From NCBI GenBank assembly GCA_013694885.1, contig JACDBO010000094.1:1-45229 (forward strand): a stretch of DNA of 45,229 nt. Direction: 5' to 3'. How positions within the stretch are numbered: the first letter of the stretch is position 1; the number at the start of each line of letters is the position of its first letter. The position numbers and the translations under genes were made by a program. The stretch comes from Chloroflexia bacterium. GTDB taxonomy: Bacteria > Chloroflexota > Chloroflexia > Thermomicrobiales > UBA6265. The notes under the pieces are model-generated. The model had not been told where the DNA came from and did no database searches. It saw only the letters and a program-made list of their open reading frames with translations. Below are positions 9,002-18,137 of this stretch, piece after piece.

Positions 9002-10549
9002 CTAGCACGCGCCACGCCGGAGCAACACGGCGGGGATGGTCCGCAGGATGACTTTGGTGTCGAGCCACAATGACCAGTTCTCGGCATAGTAGAGATCGAG
9101 CCGAACCATCTCGTCAAAAGTGAGCCTGCTTCGACCGTTGACCTGCCACAGTCCCGTCAGTCCAGGCTTTACCAACAGCCGCTGGTGATGCCAGTCCTCA
9201 TAGGTCGCGACTTCTATGGGGAGCGGAGGGCGCGGGCCGATCACACTCATTTCGCCTCTGAGAACGTGCAGGAATTGAGGCAGCTCGTCCAGGCTCCAAC
9301 GACGCAAGGTTGCGCCGATTTTGGTGAGCCGCGGATCGTCCACCATCTTGAACATGCGCGGGTCGATCGTATCCTGCGCTTGCACCAGCGCCTCACGCCG
9401 CTCGTCGGCATCCTTGACCATGCACCGGAACTTGAGCAGCGTGAACGGCTGTCCATGTTGCCCAACGCGCGTCTGGCGGTAGAGAACGGGTCCGTCGGTA
9501 TCACGGCGAATCAGCACCGACATGAGGGCCATCGGTATCGACATCAGCCCCAGCACCACAATCGCGACGGCAACATCGCAGCTCCGCTTGACGAAGGCGT
9601 TCCAGCCCCGGATCGAGGCATCGCGCACGCCGATAATGGGCACGCCAGCCACCTCGCCGAGCTCGACCCGATCGAGCGAGAGCTGCAGCAGGTCAGGAAT
9701 CACCCGAAACGTGACGACCGATTGCCGGCAGCGTTCGATAATCTCGAGCACCTGACCATGATCGGCCCCTGGCAAGGCGACCACGACTTCGTCCACCCGG
9801 TAACGGCGTACCAGATCGTCGAGCTCGCCAGGTCCGCCGAGACGGGGACAGATCACCATCCCCTGTTCTGTCGCGACGTTGATCTCATTACCGCGTGTCG
9901 GATCGTCGGCAAAGCCGACCACGCGGTACCCATATTCGGACCGCCCGGCCATTGCCTGAAGCACCCGGCGACCATTCTGACCGGCACCCACCACCAGCAC
10001 GCGGTCCACCCCGATGCCGCGTCGCCACAACGCCCGCTGGAGTGTGCGAAATGCCGCTCGATGAAGCGCCATGAGAACGATGCCGCAGATCCAGGCGTAG
10101 AGAAACACCAGTCGTGACGGAGCAAAGCGGAGAAAAAACGCGAGCATCACAGCGCCGGCCATGACGGTCGTAAAGCCGCCGATGACGGTCGAAACCTGGT
10201 CCAGCAATCCGGCTCGCCGTGTCGATCGATAGACGCCGCGAAACGTGAAAACCAACACGGTCAGGCCCAGTGCCACACTTGCGGGCCGGTAGAATGTGGA
10301 GAATGGCTCCCAGTCAGCGGGCAGAATCTCGCCACCGAGTTCAAGCGGATAGCGCAGGATATAGGCGATTCCAAACGCTGCCCACGCTGATCCAGCGTCC
10401 GCCACGAGGGCGACAACCTGCGCGATCATAGCCAAGCGCGCCGACGCCGCACGCCGCTGGGCGGTGTGCGGGCGGGCGGTCAATCTGAGCGTGGGGATGT
10501 GGTCTCCGGCCGGTTCGTCGCGGCGATGCCCGGCATGTGTCGATGCCAA
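9002..10549 (-). CDS. polyprenyl-phosphate glycosyl-1-phosphate transferase (WcaJ/EpsB-type priming sugar transferase)
   Basis: Multi-TM N-terminus, a CoA-binding-like linker, and the bacterial sugar transferase signature LLKFRCM..DPRLTKIG..LRRWSLDELPQFLHVLRGEMSVIGPRPPLP.E...Y..W...RL.VKPGLTGLWQVNGRS. Confidence 0.9.
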   Translation of the reverse strand: MASTHAGHRRDEPAGDHIPTLRLTARPHTAQRRAASARLAMIAQVVALVADAGSAWAAFGIAYILRYPLELGGEILPADWEPFSTFYRPASVALGLTVLVFTFRGVYRSTRRAGLLDQVSTVIGGFTTVMAGAVMLAFFLRFAPSRLVFLYAWICGIVLMALHRAAFRTLQRALWRRGIGVDRVLVVGAGQNGRRVLQAMAGRSEYGYRVVGFADDPTRGNEINVATEQGMVICPRLGGPGELDDLVRRYRVDEVVVALPGADHGQVLEIIERCRQSVVTFRVIPDLLQLSLDRVELGEVAGVPIIGVRDASIRGWNAFVKRSCDVAVAIVVLGLMSIPMALMSVLIRRDTDGPVLYRQTRVGQHGQPFTLLKFRCMVKDADERREALVQAQDTIDPRMFKMVDDPRLTKIGATLRRWSLDELPQFLHVLRGEMSVIGPRPPLPIEVATYEDWHHQRLLVKPGLTGLWQVNGRSRLTFDEMVRLDLYYAENWSLWLDTKVILRTIPAVLLRRGAC

Positions 10550-10666
10550 CGAGTCATCCTGTTACGCTCAACGTACCTGTCGTCCCTGTCCAGACGATAG
10601 TACCCTTGACCGCGAGTTTCTGGTAGGGCACGCGCTGAAGGCATTTGCGTCAAGGAGTTCTCAGCG

Positions 10667-11593
10667 ATGGTGCGGGGCGACGATAATGGGCTACCTGGCT
10701 CCGAATATGGGCGCATCGTGACGCAGAATCATCTCTGGACTCCCTGGCGCATGCAGTACATCGCCGGCGGCGCACGGGAGCTGGGGTGCATCTTTTGCAA
10801 TCGACGCGATACGGAGGACGATGTCGCTGGGTTAGTGCTGTATCGTGGAACATACTCCTACATCATGATGAACCTGTTTCCTTACAACACCGGCCACGTC
10901 ATGATCGTTCCAAACGATCACGCCGCAACCCTTGACCTGATCGATGACCCGACGCTGATTGAAATGGCGCGAATGGCTCCACCCGTCACTGCCGCGCTGC
11001 GCCGGGTCTTGAATTGCGACGGTTTCAATTTGGGCCTCAACCTGGGCGCGGTCGCTGGTGCCGGTGTCGCTGACCACCTGCACCAGCACATCGTCCCGCG
11101 CTGGACCGGAGATGCTAACTTCATGCCAATTCTGGCAAGCACCATGGTCATGCCGGAGCTCATCCCGGCGACCTATGCCAAGGCGAGAGCCGAGCTCAAC
11201 CGAGAGCTTGGATCGGCAACGTCGGTGGCGTCGGTCGTACTTGTCGATGGTGCCCGCTCCATTCTCCTACGGGACGGACATTTGCCCCTTGCCGAGGCGG
11301 AAACCAGATACCCGCTCTGGCTCTCGGCGCTTGAGCTCGTCGGTCCGGTCGCGGGAGGGGCCACGATCACAGGTTGGGCCGGCGAGCTACGGGGCGCCGG
11401 TCCGGGTCCATCGGTTCCAGTCCTCACGATTCGCGCACGCGGCGAGGCGCTCGCCGACGGCTGGGAAGCCGTCTCCGTAGAACACATTGAACGACGAGAG
11501 CTCGATCCGGAAGAGATCGCGGTCGTCGAGGCAGTCCTGGCGACAGTGGCCAACGACGAAGAGCGTTCGACTCAAAACCAGACGCGCCATTGA
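10667..11593 (+). CDS. HIT-family nucleotide hydrolase/phosphorylase with an extra C-terminal domain of about 130 aa
   Basis: WTPWRMQYI..CIFC..YIMMNLFPYNTGHVMIVPNDH and the histidine triad HLHQHIVPRWTGDANFMP. Residues ~180-308 resemble the start of a Nudix fold (VASVVLVDGARSILLRDG) but I see no Nudix box. Confidence 0.7.
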   Translation: MVRGDDNGLPGSEYGRIVTQNHLWTPWRMQYIAGGARELGCIFCNRRDTEDDVAGLVLYRGTYSYIMMNLFPYNTGHVMIVPNDHAATLDLIDDPTLIEMARMAPPVTAALRRVLNCDGFNLGLNLGAVAGAGVADHLHQHIVPRWTGDANFMPILASTMVMPELIPATYAKARAELNRELGSATSVASVVLVDGARSILLRDGHLPLAEAETRYPLWLSALELVGPVAGGATITGWAGELRGAGPGPSVPVLTIRARGEALADGWEAVSVEHIERRELDPEEIAVVEAVLATVANDEERSTQNQTRH

Positions 11594-11644
11594 TGCGCTT
11601 TCGACCCAGGCCATATCCGCGTGTGCATTTCGGATTGATGATTT

Positions 11645-13039
11645 GTGCGAGAAGCGCAGCAATTGGTCGGAGGACCCGTGGTTTCGGTGACGTTTCGTAA
11701 CTCCGCGCCGAATCAGCGGGAACATCTCACCCCGACTACCTATGCCCTCGTGGCGAGTACCTTTCACGGGGTCGCGGCGGCGCTTTTTCACCCGCTCATC
11801 ATCATCGCCTTTTTCATCAGCCGGGTCAGTGACGAATCGCGTGACGTCGCCCTGGTAGCCGTGATCTCAACCGCCACCTGGTATGTTCCGCAGCTCTTGA
11901 CGAACTGGGGTTCTCGCTACTATCCGCAGGTCTACCCGGTGGTCGTCGCCGCATCGGTTGTACGCCTTGCGTCGGTCAGTCTGATGGCGGCTTTTGTGCT
12001 GCGCACTGACTCGCCCGACGCGGTCCTGGCACGGCAGTTCCTCTTGATTCTCGTCGCCTATCAGTTGGCCAGCGCGGCACTCGTTCCCGCAATGAACGAG
12101 CTCATGGCCCGGGCGGTCCCAGCACGCCACCTCACCACGCTGTTTCGGAATCGATTCATCGTGGGGAGCGTGGCTGCGATGGTCGCCGGCCTGGTCGCCG
12201 CCAGGGGTCTCGGTGTCGACGCGCCACCATTTCCCCGTGGGTTTGGGTTGCTCTTCCTGGTCGCCGCGATGGCGACCGGCGCCGAGAGCTGGTTCTTGCT
12301 TCGACTTCGCGAGGTGAAGTCTGAAGATTTGCCGCGAGAGCGAGTCGGGTCGATTGCTCCGTCCCGGCTGGTGGCGGCCCTCGCCGGAGGAGGATTCCGT
12401 AAGTTCGCACTGTTTCGCATCATCATTGCGCTCGCGGCCATAGCCGACCCATATCTCATCGTTCACGGGATGCGCGAGATCGAACCGTCGTCGCGGTTCC
12501 TTGGCCTCTATATCGTCACTTTTGCGGCCGCTAACCTCGCCGGCACCGCCGCCGCCAACGATCTCACCGTGCTCGGCGCAGCCCGTTCGGTCTTCCAGGT
12601 GGCTGCGCTGTTGCGGTTCGCCACTCCTATTCTCGCCTTGCTGATCCCATTGCTATACACCTCGGAGGCTGCGAGTTCGGGTGTGGCGGCGGCGTTGTTT
12701 GGTTCCGTCTTCGTCGGCCTGGGACTGATCACGGCCGCACACGGCGGCACGACGCAGCACACTCTGCTCGCCCTGCACCCGCCAGGTGCGCGCGCCGCTG
12801 GAATCACCCTGCTGAACGTTGCGCTCTGCTTCTGCGCGTTAGCGCCGTTGCTCGGCAGCCGGCTCGTGGAGCAGCGCGGGACCGCGGCGCTGCTCGGCGT
12901 GGCATCAGCAATTGGGTTCATTGCCGTCGTGTTCAGCGGCGCCTTGATCGCGCCTTCGCCTCGCCGCAGCCGACGCCGACGTCCTGGCAAGCGACGACTC
13001 CGCGCGGTTCCAAAAAAACGGAAACCCAGGCGACGCTGA
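11645..13039 (+). CDS. MFS-type multi-pass membrane transporter with a polybasic C-terminal tail
   Basis: About 12 hydrophobic segments throughout, and a GTG start. The tail reads PSPRRSRRRRPGKRRLRAVPKKRKPRRR. Family assignment is by topology only, and the start is uncertain. Confidence 0.5.
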   Translation: MREAQQLVGGPVVSVTFRNSAPNQREHLTPTTYALVASTFHGVAAALFHPLIIIAFFISRVSDESRDVALVAVISTATWYVPQLLTNWGSRYYPQVYPVVVAASVVRLASVSLMAAFVLRTDSPDAVLARQFLLILVAYQLASAALVPAMNELMARAVPARHLTTLFRNRFIVGSVAAMVAGLVAARGLGVDAPPFPRGFGLLFLVAAMATGAESWFLLRLREVKSEDLPRERVGSIAPSRLVAALAGGGFRKFALFRIIIALAAIADPYLIVHGMREIEPSSRFLGLYIVTFAAANLAGTAAANDLTVLGAARSVFQVAALLRFATPILALLIPLLYTSEAASSGVAAALFGSVFVGLGLITAAHGGTTQHTLLALHPPGARAAGITLLNVALCFCALAPLLGSRLVEQRGTAALLGVASAIGFIAVVFSGALIAPSPRRSRRRRPGKRRLRAVPKKRKPRRR

Positions 13040-13074
13040 AAATGTCGATTGATGCCGAGTGCGCTCGCGCTGGG

Positions 13075-14679
13075 CTAGGACGGCCCGGCAGCCAGGATAT
13101 CAGCCGGTATCTGACCGGTGAATTGATCAGCTTGTGCCCGGAAGTCGGATGCGAGACGCCGCGCAACCCGGACAAACGATCCGGCGTCGCTCCACGTTGC
13201 TCGCGGGTTCAGGACTTCGGCTGGAACCCCAGGGCACTTCGTTGGGACGGCGAGACCGAAATGCTGATCGTGTTCGAACGACCCATTGGTCAAGTCGCCA
13301 TTCAGGCCCGCCGTGACAATGGCGCGGGTGTACGGCAATTCCATGCGATGTCCGACTCCGTAGATCCCACCAGTCCAACCGGTGTTGATGAGCCAAAGAT
13401 TCGAGTGGTGTTGCCGGAGCCGCTCATCGAGGAGTTCCACATATCGCGCGGGCGGCAACGGGAGAAAGGGCGCGGCGAAGCACGCCGAAAATGTGCTCTC
13501 GGGCTCATCGACTCCGCGCTCTGTGCCGGCGAGTTTCGACGTATAGCCCAGCAGGAAATAATAGAGGGCTTGTTCGCGTGAGAGCTTGGCCACCGGCGGC
13601 AGCACGCCGAACGCATCCGCGGTCAGCAAGAGGATGTTGGTGGGGTGACCACCTTGACCATCGCTCGCGGCGTTTGGAAGAAATGTCAGTGGATAGGCAG
13701 CGCGAGTGTTTTGCGTCAGCGAGTCATCGGCGAAGTCAGGGATTCGTGAGTTCGGATCGACGACCACATTCTCGAGAATGGTCCCGAATCGGTTCGTCGC
13801 CGCGAAGATCATGGGTTCCGATGTCCCATTGAGTCCAATCGTCTTCGCGTAGCAGCCTCCCTCGAAGTTAAAGACGCCGTCGTCGGTCCAACCGTGCTCG
13901 TCATCTCCTATGAGCATTCGATTTGGGTCATTGGAGAGCGTCGTTTTGCCGGTGCCGGAGAGGCCAAAGAAAAGCGCGGTGTTCCCTTGAGCGTCGCGGT
14001 TTGCGGAGCAGTGCATGGTCGCGATACCACGTGCGGGCAGCGCATGCTGAAGCAGGGTAAAAACGGACTTCTTTACCTCCCCCGCATAATGCGTCCCGAC
14101 GATGAGGATGATCCGCTTCGAGAGATGGAGCACAATCGCGGTGCCGGATCTCGTCCCGTCGGTTACCGGGTCAGCTTCGAGAGAAGGAGCGTGGAGAATG
14201 GTTATCTTGGCGTCGTCCGCCTCAGCGACCTCCGCCTTGCTGGCTGGGACGATGAACAGGTTTCTAGCGAACTGCGCGACCCATGCTTCCTCCGTCTCGA
14301 CCCGGACCCGGTAACGATACCGAGGGTCGGCGCAAACGATAAGGTCCTGCGAATAGGTGGCCCGTTGCCGGAGGTGCGCGTCCACTTTTTCTCGGAGTCG
14401 TTCGAATTGCGTCTCGTCTAGCGGCTGATTCACCTCGCCCCACCAGACACCGTCCGCTGTGGCATCCTCCCGGACAATAAACTTGTCTTCGGGGGATCGC
14501 CCAGTGTGTTCCCCGGTTTCGACGGCAAGCGCCCCGGACTCGGTGAGCATGCCTTCCTTGGAGCGTAAGGCGAATTCTGTCAACGCCGGTGCGGACAGGT
14601 TCACGGCATGCGAAAGCGCCGGAACCAGACCTGGCGGCTCATCACTGGTTCGGCTGCCGCTGAAAAGACCGGCGCTCAT
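13075..14679 (-). CDS. pckA: phosphoenolpyruvate carboxykinase (ATP)
   Basis: GEHTGRSPEDKFIV, kinase-1a GLSGTGKTTLS, IGDDEHGW, GGCYAK. The ATG at 14679 is preceded by GGGAGGAG; the track start at 14832 adds an implausible 51 aa. Confidence 0.95.
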   Translation of the reverse strand: MSAGLFSGSRTSDEPPGLVPALSHAVNLSAPALTEFALRSKEGMLTESGALAVETGEHTGRSPEDKFIVREDATADGVWWGEVNQPLDETQFERLREKVDAHLRQRATYSQDLIVCADPRYRYRVRVETEEAWVAQFARNLFIVPASKAEVAEADDAKITILHAPSLEADPVTDGTRSGTAIVLHLSKRIILIVGTHYAGEVKKSVFTLLQHALPARGIATMHCSANRDAQGNTALFFGLSGTGKTTLSNDPNRMLIGDDEHGWTDDGVFNFEGGCYAKTIGLNGTSEPMIFAATNRFGTILENVVVDPNSRIPDFADDSLTQNTRAAYPLTFLPNAASDGQGGHPTNILLLTADAFGVLPPVAKLSREQALYYFLLGYTSKLAGTERGVDEPESTFSACFAAPFLPLPPARYVELLDERLRQHHSNLWLINTGWTGGIYGVGHRMELPYTRAIVTAGLNGDLTNGSFEHDQHFGLAVPTKCPGVPAEVLNPRATWSDAGSFVRVARRLASDFRAQADQFTGQIPADILAAGPS

Positions 14680-14811
14680 CGATGCTCCTCCCGAGAAACT
14701 TGAAAATCGACGACGATACTCCTTGCGCAGCCGCAGAAACTGTACCGCGAGCACAACTCCGACTGGTTGTGCGGTCCAACGAGCGTTGTGATTCGTTGAC
14801 GGAGAGACGAG

Positions 14812-15954
14812 ATGAAGATCGAGCGGTTTCACCTCGAACGCTGGATGACGACATGGGAATTAGACGTCGACTACGACATCGCCGAGAGCGGTATCGCGCC
14901 GCTCTCCATCGCCGAACTCCTCCGCATCGACGCTGATGATGACGCGTATGAGGCACTGGCCGTGCTGGCGACGATTCCACTCGGGTATTCCGAAGCACGA
15001 GGGACAGCCGCGCTTCGCCAGGCGGTCGCCCAGACGTACAACAACGTGGAGGCGGACGACATCCTGATTACGACCGGGGCGATCGAGGCGAATTTCTTGC
15101 TCTTCCATGCGCTCCTGGATCGAGGAGACCACGTCGTTGTCGTCGCACCCGCCTATCAGCAACTCCTGAGTGTGCCGCGGTCCATTGGCTGCGATGTCAC
15201 GCCGTGGAGGCTCCTTCCAGAGCGGGGTTTGGCGTTCGACCTCGACGAACTTGAACGCTTGCTGAGACCGAACACACGGCTCATCGTCATCAACAGCCCG
15301 CATAACCCGACCGGATCTGTGCTCGCTGAGGCAGATCTCCGACGCATCGCGAATCTGGCGGAGGATCGAGGTGCATTAGTCCTCTCTGACGAAGCCTATC
15401 GTGGGCTCGAACATGGTGATGGCCCGCCGATGCCGTCCTCGATGCGGGACCTCTCGGCGAACGGCATCGGGGTCGGCACGCTATCGAAAGCATACGGACT
15501 GCCCGGTCTGCGGATCGGATGGATTGCCGCCAACCCGGATATCGTTCAGCGATGCTGGGGGTTGCGTGATTATGTCTCGCTTAGTCCGGGCAAACTCAAC
15601 GATCACCTGGCTCACATCGCCGTCGCACGGCGCGCCGCGATCTTCGCCCGCAATAGACGGATCATCGCCGCCAACCTGGAAACTGCCCGCGCCTGGTTCG
15701 CGGCAAACGCTGACCTCTGCACCTGGACCGAGCCCCGTGCCGGGTTGCTGGCGTTGATGCGCTACACGTTGGACTTACCATCCGAGGTGGTCGCGGATGG
15801 ACTCGCGCGCGATGCCAGCGTGATGCTCGCACCTGGCGCCGCCTTCGACAACGAAGGTTATCTTCGGATAGGCATCGGTCAGCACCCTGCCATCTTTCGT
15901 GAGGGCCTGGATCGCACCGCCACGTATCTGCGCGCGTTGTCCGCGCGCCGATGA
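14812..15954 (+). CDS. class I/II PLP-dependent aminotransferase
   Basis: INSPHNPTG, LSDEAY, and the lysine motif TLSKAYGLPGLRIGW. Substrate is not assignable from sequence by eye. Confidence 0.75.
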   Translation: MKIERFHLERWMTTWELDVDYDIAESGIAPLSIAELLRIDADDDAYEALAVLATIPLGYSEARGTAALRQAVAQTYNNVEADDILITTGAIEANFLLFHALLDRGDHVVVVAPAYQQLLSVPRSIGCDVTPWRLLPERGLAFDLDELERLLRPNTRLIVINSPHNPTGSVLAEADLRRIANLAEDRGALVLSDEAYRGLEHGDGPPMPSSMRDLSANGIGVGTLSKAYGLPGLRIGWIAANPDIVQRCWGLRDYVSLSPGKLNDHLAHIAVARRAAIFARNRRIIAANLETARAWFAANADLCTWTEPRAGLLALMRYTLDLPSEVVADGLARDASVMLAPGAAFDNEGYLRIGIGQHPAIFREGLDRTATYLRALSARR

Positions 15955-15958
15955 TCGC

Positions 15959-17578
15959 CTATTCGCCCCGGCTGGACTGCCGCGGGGTCTCCTTGGCACC
16001 CTCCATGTCTACCACCACGGTCCGGCTCTGTTCGCGCAAGAATTGCTGAACGTAATAGGGTCCAAGACCGCCCTTGCCGGAACTGCCGCTCCCTTTCCAG
16101 CCGCAGAATGACTGGCAGCCTGGCCACGCCCCCGTCGTCGCGCCGCCCTTGCGGTTCGCGTAGACCACTCCGGCCACGATGCCGTCGAAGAATCGTTCGA
16201 TCTCGGCTTTATCCTCGGTGAAGACGCCGGCTGTGAGTCCATACTCGGAGTCATTGGCCAGTCGCAGGGCCTCGTCGAGTGAATCCACTGGCGCGACGGC
16301 AACGAAAGGCAAAAAGAGTTCGCGTCGGAATAGTTCATGGTCGCTCGGCAAGCCATCGACGACGGTCGGCGCGACGAAATGACCAAGCTCGTAGTCACCG
16401 CTCGTGAGCCGTTGCCCCCCAGTTCGAATCGTACCGTCCTGTGCTTGCTCCACCGCATGTTCGTATCGGTCGACAGCACGTTGGTCGATGACTGGACCGA
16501 CGTACACTTCGCGGTCCACCGGATCGCCGACCTTCAACGCTTCCGTTCTTTTCACCAGCCGATCGATGAACTCGTCATACACGGGCCGTTCGACATAGAC
16601 GCGAGAACAGGCAGAGCACTTCTGTCCGGAAAAGCCGAAAGCCGAACGAGCGACACCTTCCACCGCTTTGTCTAGATCGGCGTGGCGCGTCACGATCGTC
16701 GGGTTTTTGCCCCCCATCTCCGTGATGCACGGCTTCGGGAAGTCGATACTGAACGACCGGAACAGATCGAACCCGACCTCCTTCGATCCAGTAAAGATGA
16801 CGCCGTCGACGTCAGGGTGTGACGTCAGACGCTGGCCGATTTCTTCGCCCGAACCCGTCAGAAATCCAAATGCCCCGCTCGGTACGCCTGCATCCAAGAA
16901 ACACTGCGCCAATTCGTAGCCAGACCAGGGCGTTGCGCTCGCTGGCTTGAAGACGACGGTGTTCCCGGCGACCAGCGCACCTGCCGACATGCCGGCGGAG
17001 AGCGCGTGGGGGAAGTTGAACGGCGCCAGCACCGCCCAAACGCCAAATGGCCGGAGCACCGACTCGTTGCGCTCAGCGGGGTCGAGCGAGTCGAGTTGCA
17101 AACGAAACCCCTGGTGATCGTCCATCTGCCGCGCATACTCGTCCAGCAGATCGGCGCCCTCTTCCACTTCACCGATAGCCTCGGCTCGCGTCTTGCCGCA
17201 TTCCAGGATCAGGATTGCCGCCAGCCGGAACTTCCGCTTGCGGATCAACCCGGCGGCACGCCGGAGCACGCCGACGCGCTCCTGGTATGGACGACGAGCC
17301 CATTCCGGGAACGCCGCTTTGGCCGCGGCGACGGCGGCGTCGACATCGCTCGATGTTCCGCGCTGAAATCGACCCAACACGGTCTCGGTGTTGGCCGGCG
17401 CGACCACGGCGAAAAGCTCGCGGTCGGATCGCTCCTCACCGTCGATGACGAGCGGATACGTTCTGCCGACTTCTCCGCTGAGAGCGTCGAGGGCCTCGTC
17501 GAAGGCTTGATGCATCGCGTCGATCTGTTCAGGAGTAGCGGTGTAGGTGATTTTTTGCGTCGCCGCGGTCACGGTCAT
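15959..17578 (-). CDS. L-glutamate gamma-semialdehyde (1-pyrroline-5-carboxylate) dehydrogenase
   Basis: Aldehyde dehydrogenase fold with RocA/PruA-type motifs (ITEMGGKNP, GFSGQKCSACSR). The ATG at 17578 is preceded by GGAGGA. Confidence 0.8.
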   Translation of the reverse strand: MTVTAATQKITYTATPEQIDAMHQAFDEALDALSGEVGRTYPLVIDGEERSDRELFAVVAPANTETVLGRFQRGTSSDVDAAVAAAKAAFPEWARRPYQERVGVLRRAAGLIRKRKFRLAAILILECGKTRAEAIGEVEEGADLLDEYARQMDDHQGFRLQLDSLDPAERNESVLRPFGVWAVLAPFNFPHALSAGMSAGALVAGNTVVFKPASATPWSGYELAQCFLDAGVPSGAFGFLTGSGEEIGQRLTSHPDVDGVIFTGSKEVGFDLFRSFSIDFPKPCITEMGGKNPTIVTRHADLDKAVEGVARSAFGFSGQKCSACSRVYVERPVYDEFIDRLVKRTEALKVGDPVDREVYVGPVIDQRAVDRYEHAVEQAQDGTIRTGGQRLTSGDYELGHFVAPTVVDGLPSDHELFRRELFLPFVAVAPVDSLDEALRLANDSEYGLTAGVFTEDKAEIERFFDGIVAGVVYANRKGGATTGAWPGCQSFCGWKGSGSSGKGGLGPYYVQQFLREQSRTVVVDMEGAKETPRQSSRGE

Positions 17579-17660
17579 CTGTTCATCCTCCAATGTCACC
17601 CAAAACGTAGGCAGCACGAATCACCAAACGCCGAGCGATTTTGCATCGACCCTGGGGCCG

Positions 17661-18044
17661 TCATTCATACCGACCAAGTATCTGGGTGAGTTCGATCCGA
17701 TTTCCGAACGGGTCAAGAATGAAACAGCGTGGACGGTTGGCAATCGGAATCGTTTCCTGAGTGGCGACATCTGCCTCGGCGAGCCGCTGACGCGTGACAT
17801 CCAGGTCTTCGACCTGAAGGCAGACATGTTGACCGGGAGAGTTCGGGCCGAAACCTTTCTCCGTGAAGATGTGGAGTTCTTGTCCGTCGTCTCCCACCTT
17901 GAACCAAATAATCTGCTCGGCGTCCAATGACTTCGGTGTGGTGAGCTCGTCAAGCCCCAATGCGCCACCATAGAAGCGTCGCGCCTGATCGCTGCCCCCC
18001 ATCGGCATCGGAACACTGACATGCTGCAATCGCATCACACTCAT
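17661..18044 (-). CDS. VOC (glyoxalase/bleomycin-resistance/dioxygenase) family protein
   Basis: 127 aa, with LQHVSVPMP..ARRFYGGALGL..HVCLQVEDLD..ILDPFGNRIEL. Confidence 0.75.
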   Translation of the reverse strand: MSVMRLQHVSVPMPMGGSDQARRFYGGALGLDELTTPKSLDAEQIIWFKVGDDGQELHIFTEKGFGPNSPGQHVCLQVEDLDVTRQRLAEADVATQETIPIANRPRCFILDPFGNRIELTQILGRYE

Positions 18045-18137
18045 CTCGGTCTTTCCTCACTTGGGCTGAACCGTCAGCCATTCTCCGCAACGCGGATGCT
18101 TGATCACGGCGCATGGGACGTGCCCGGCACCGAGCAT

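Noticed and set aside
9185-10117. 310-aa plus-strand ORF antisense to the sugar transferase
   Set aside because: Same reasoning: His/Arg/Asp-rich low-complexity translation opposite a strongly supported gene.
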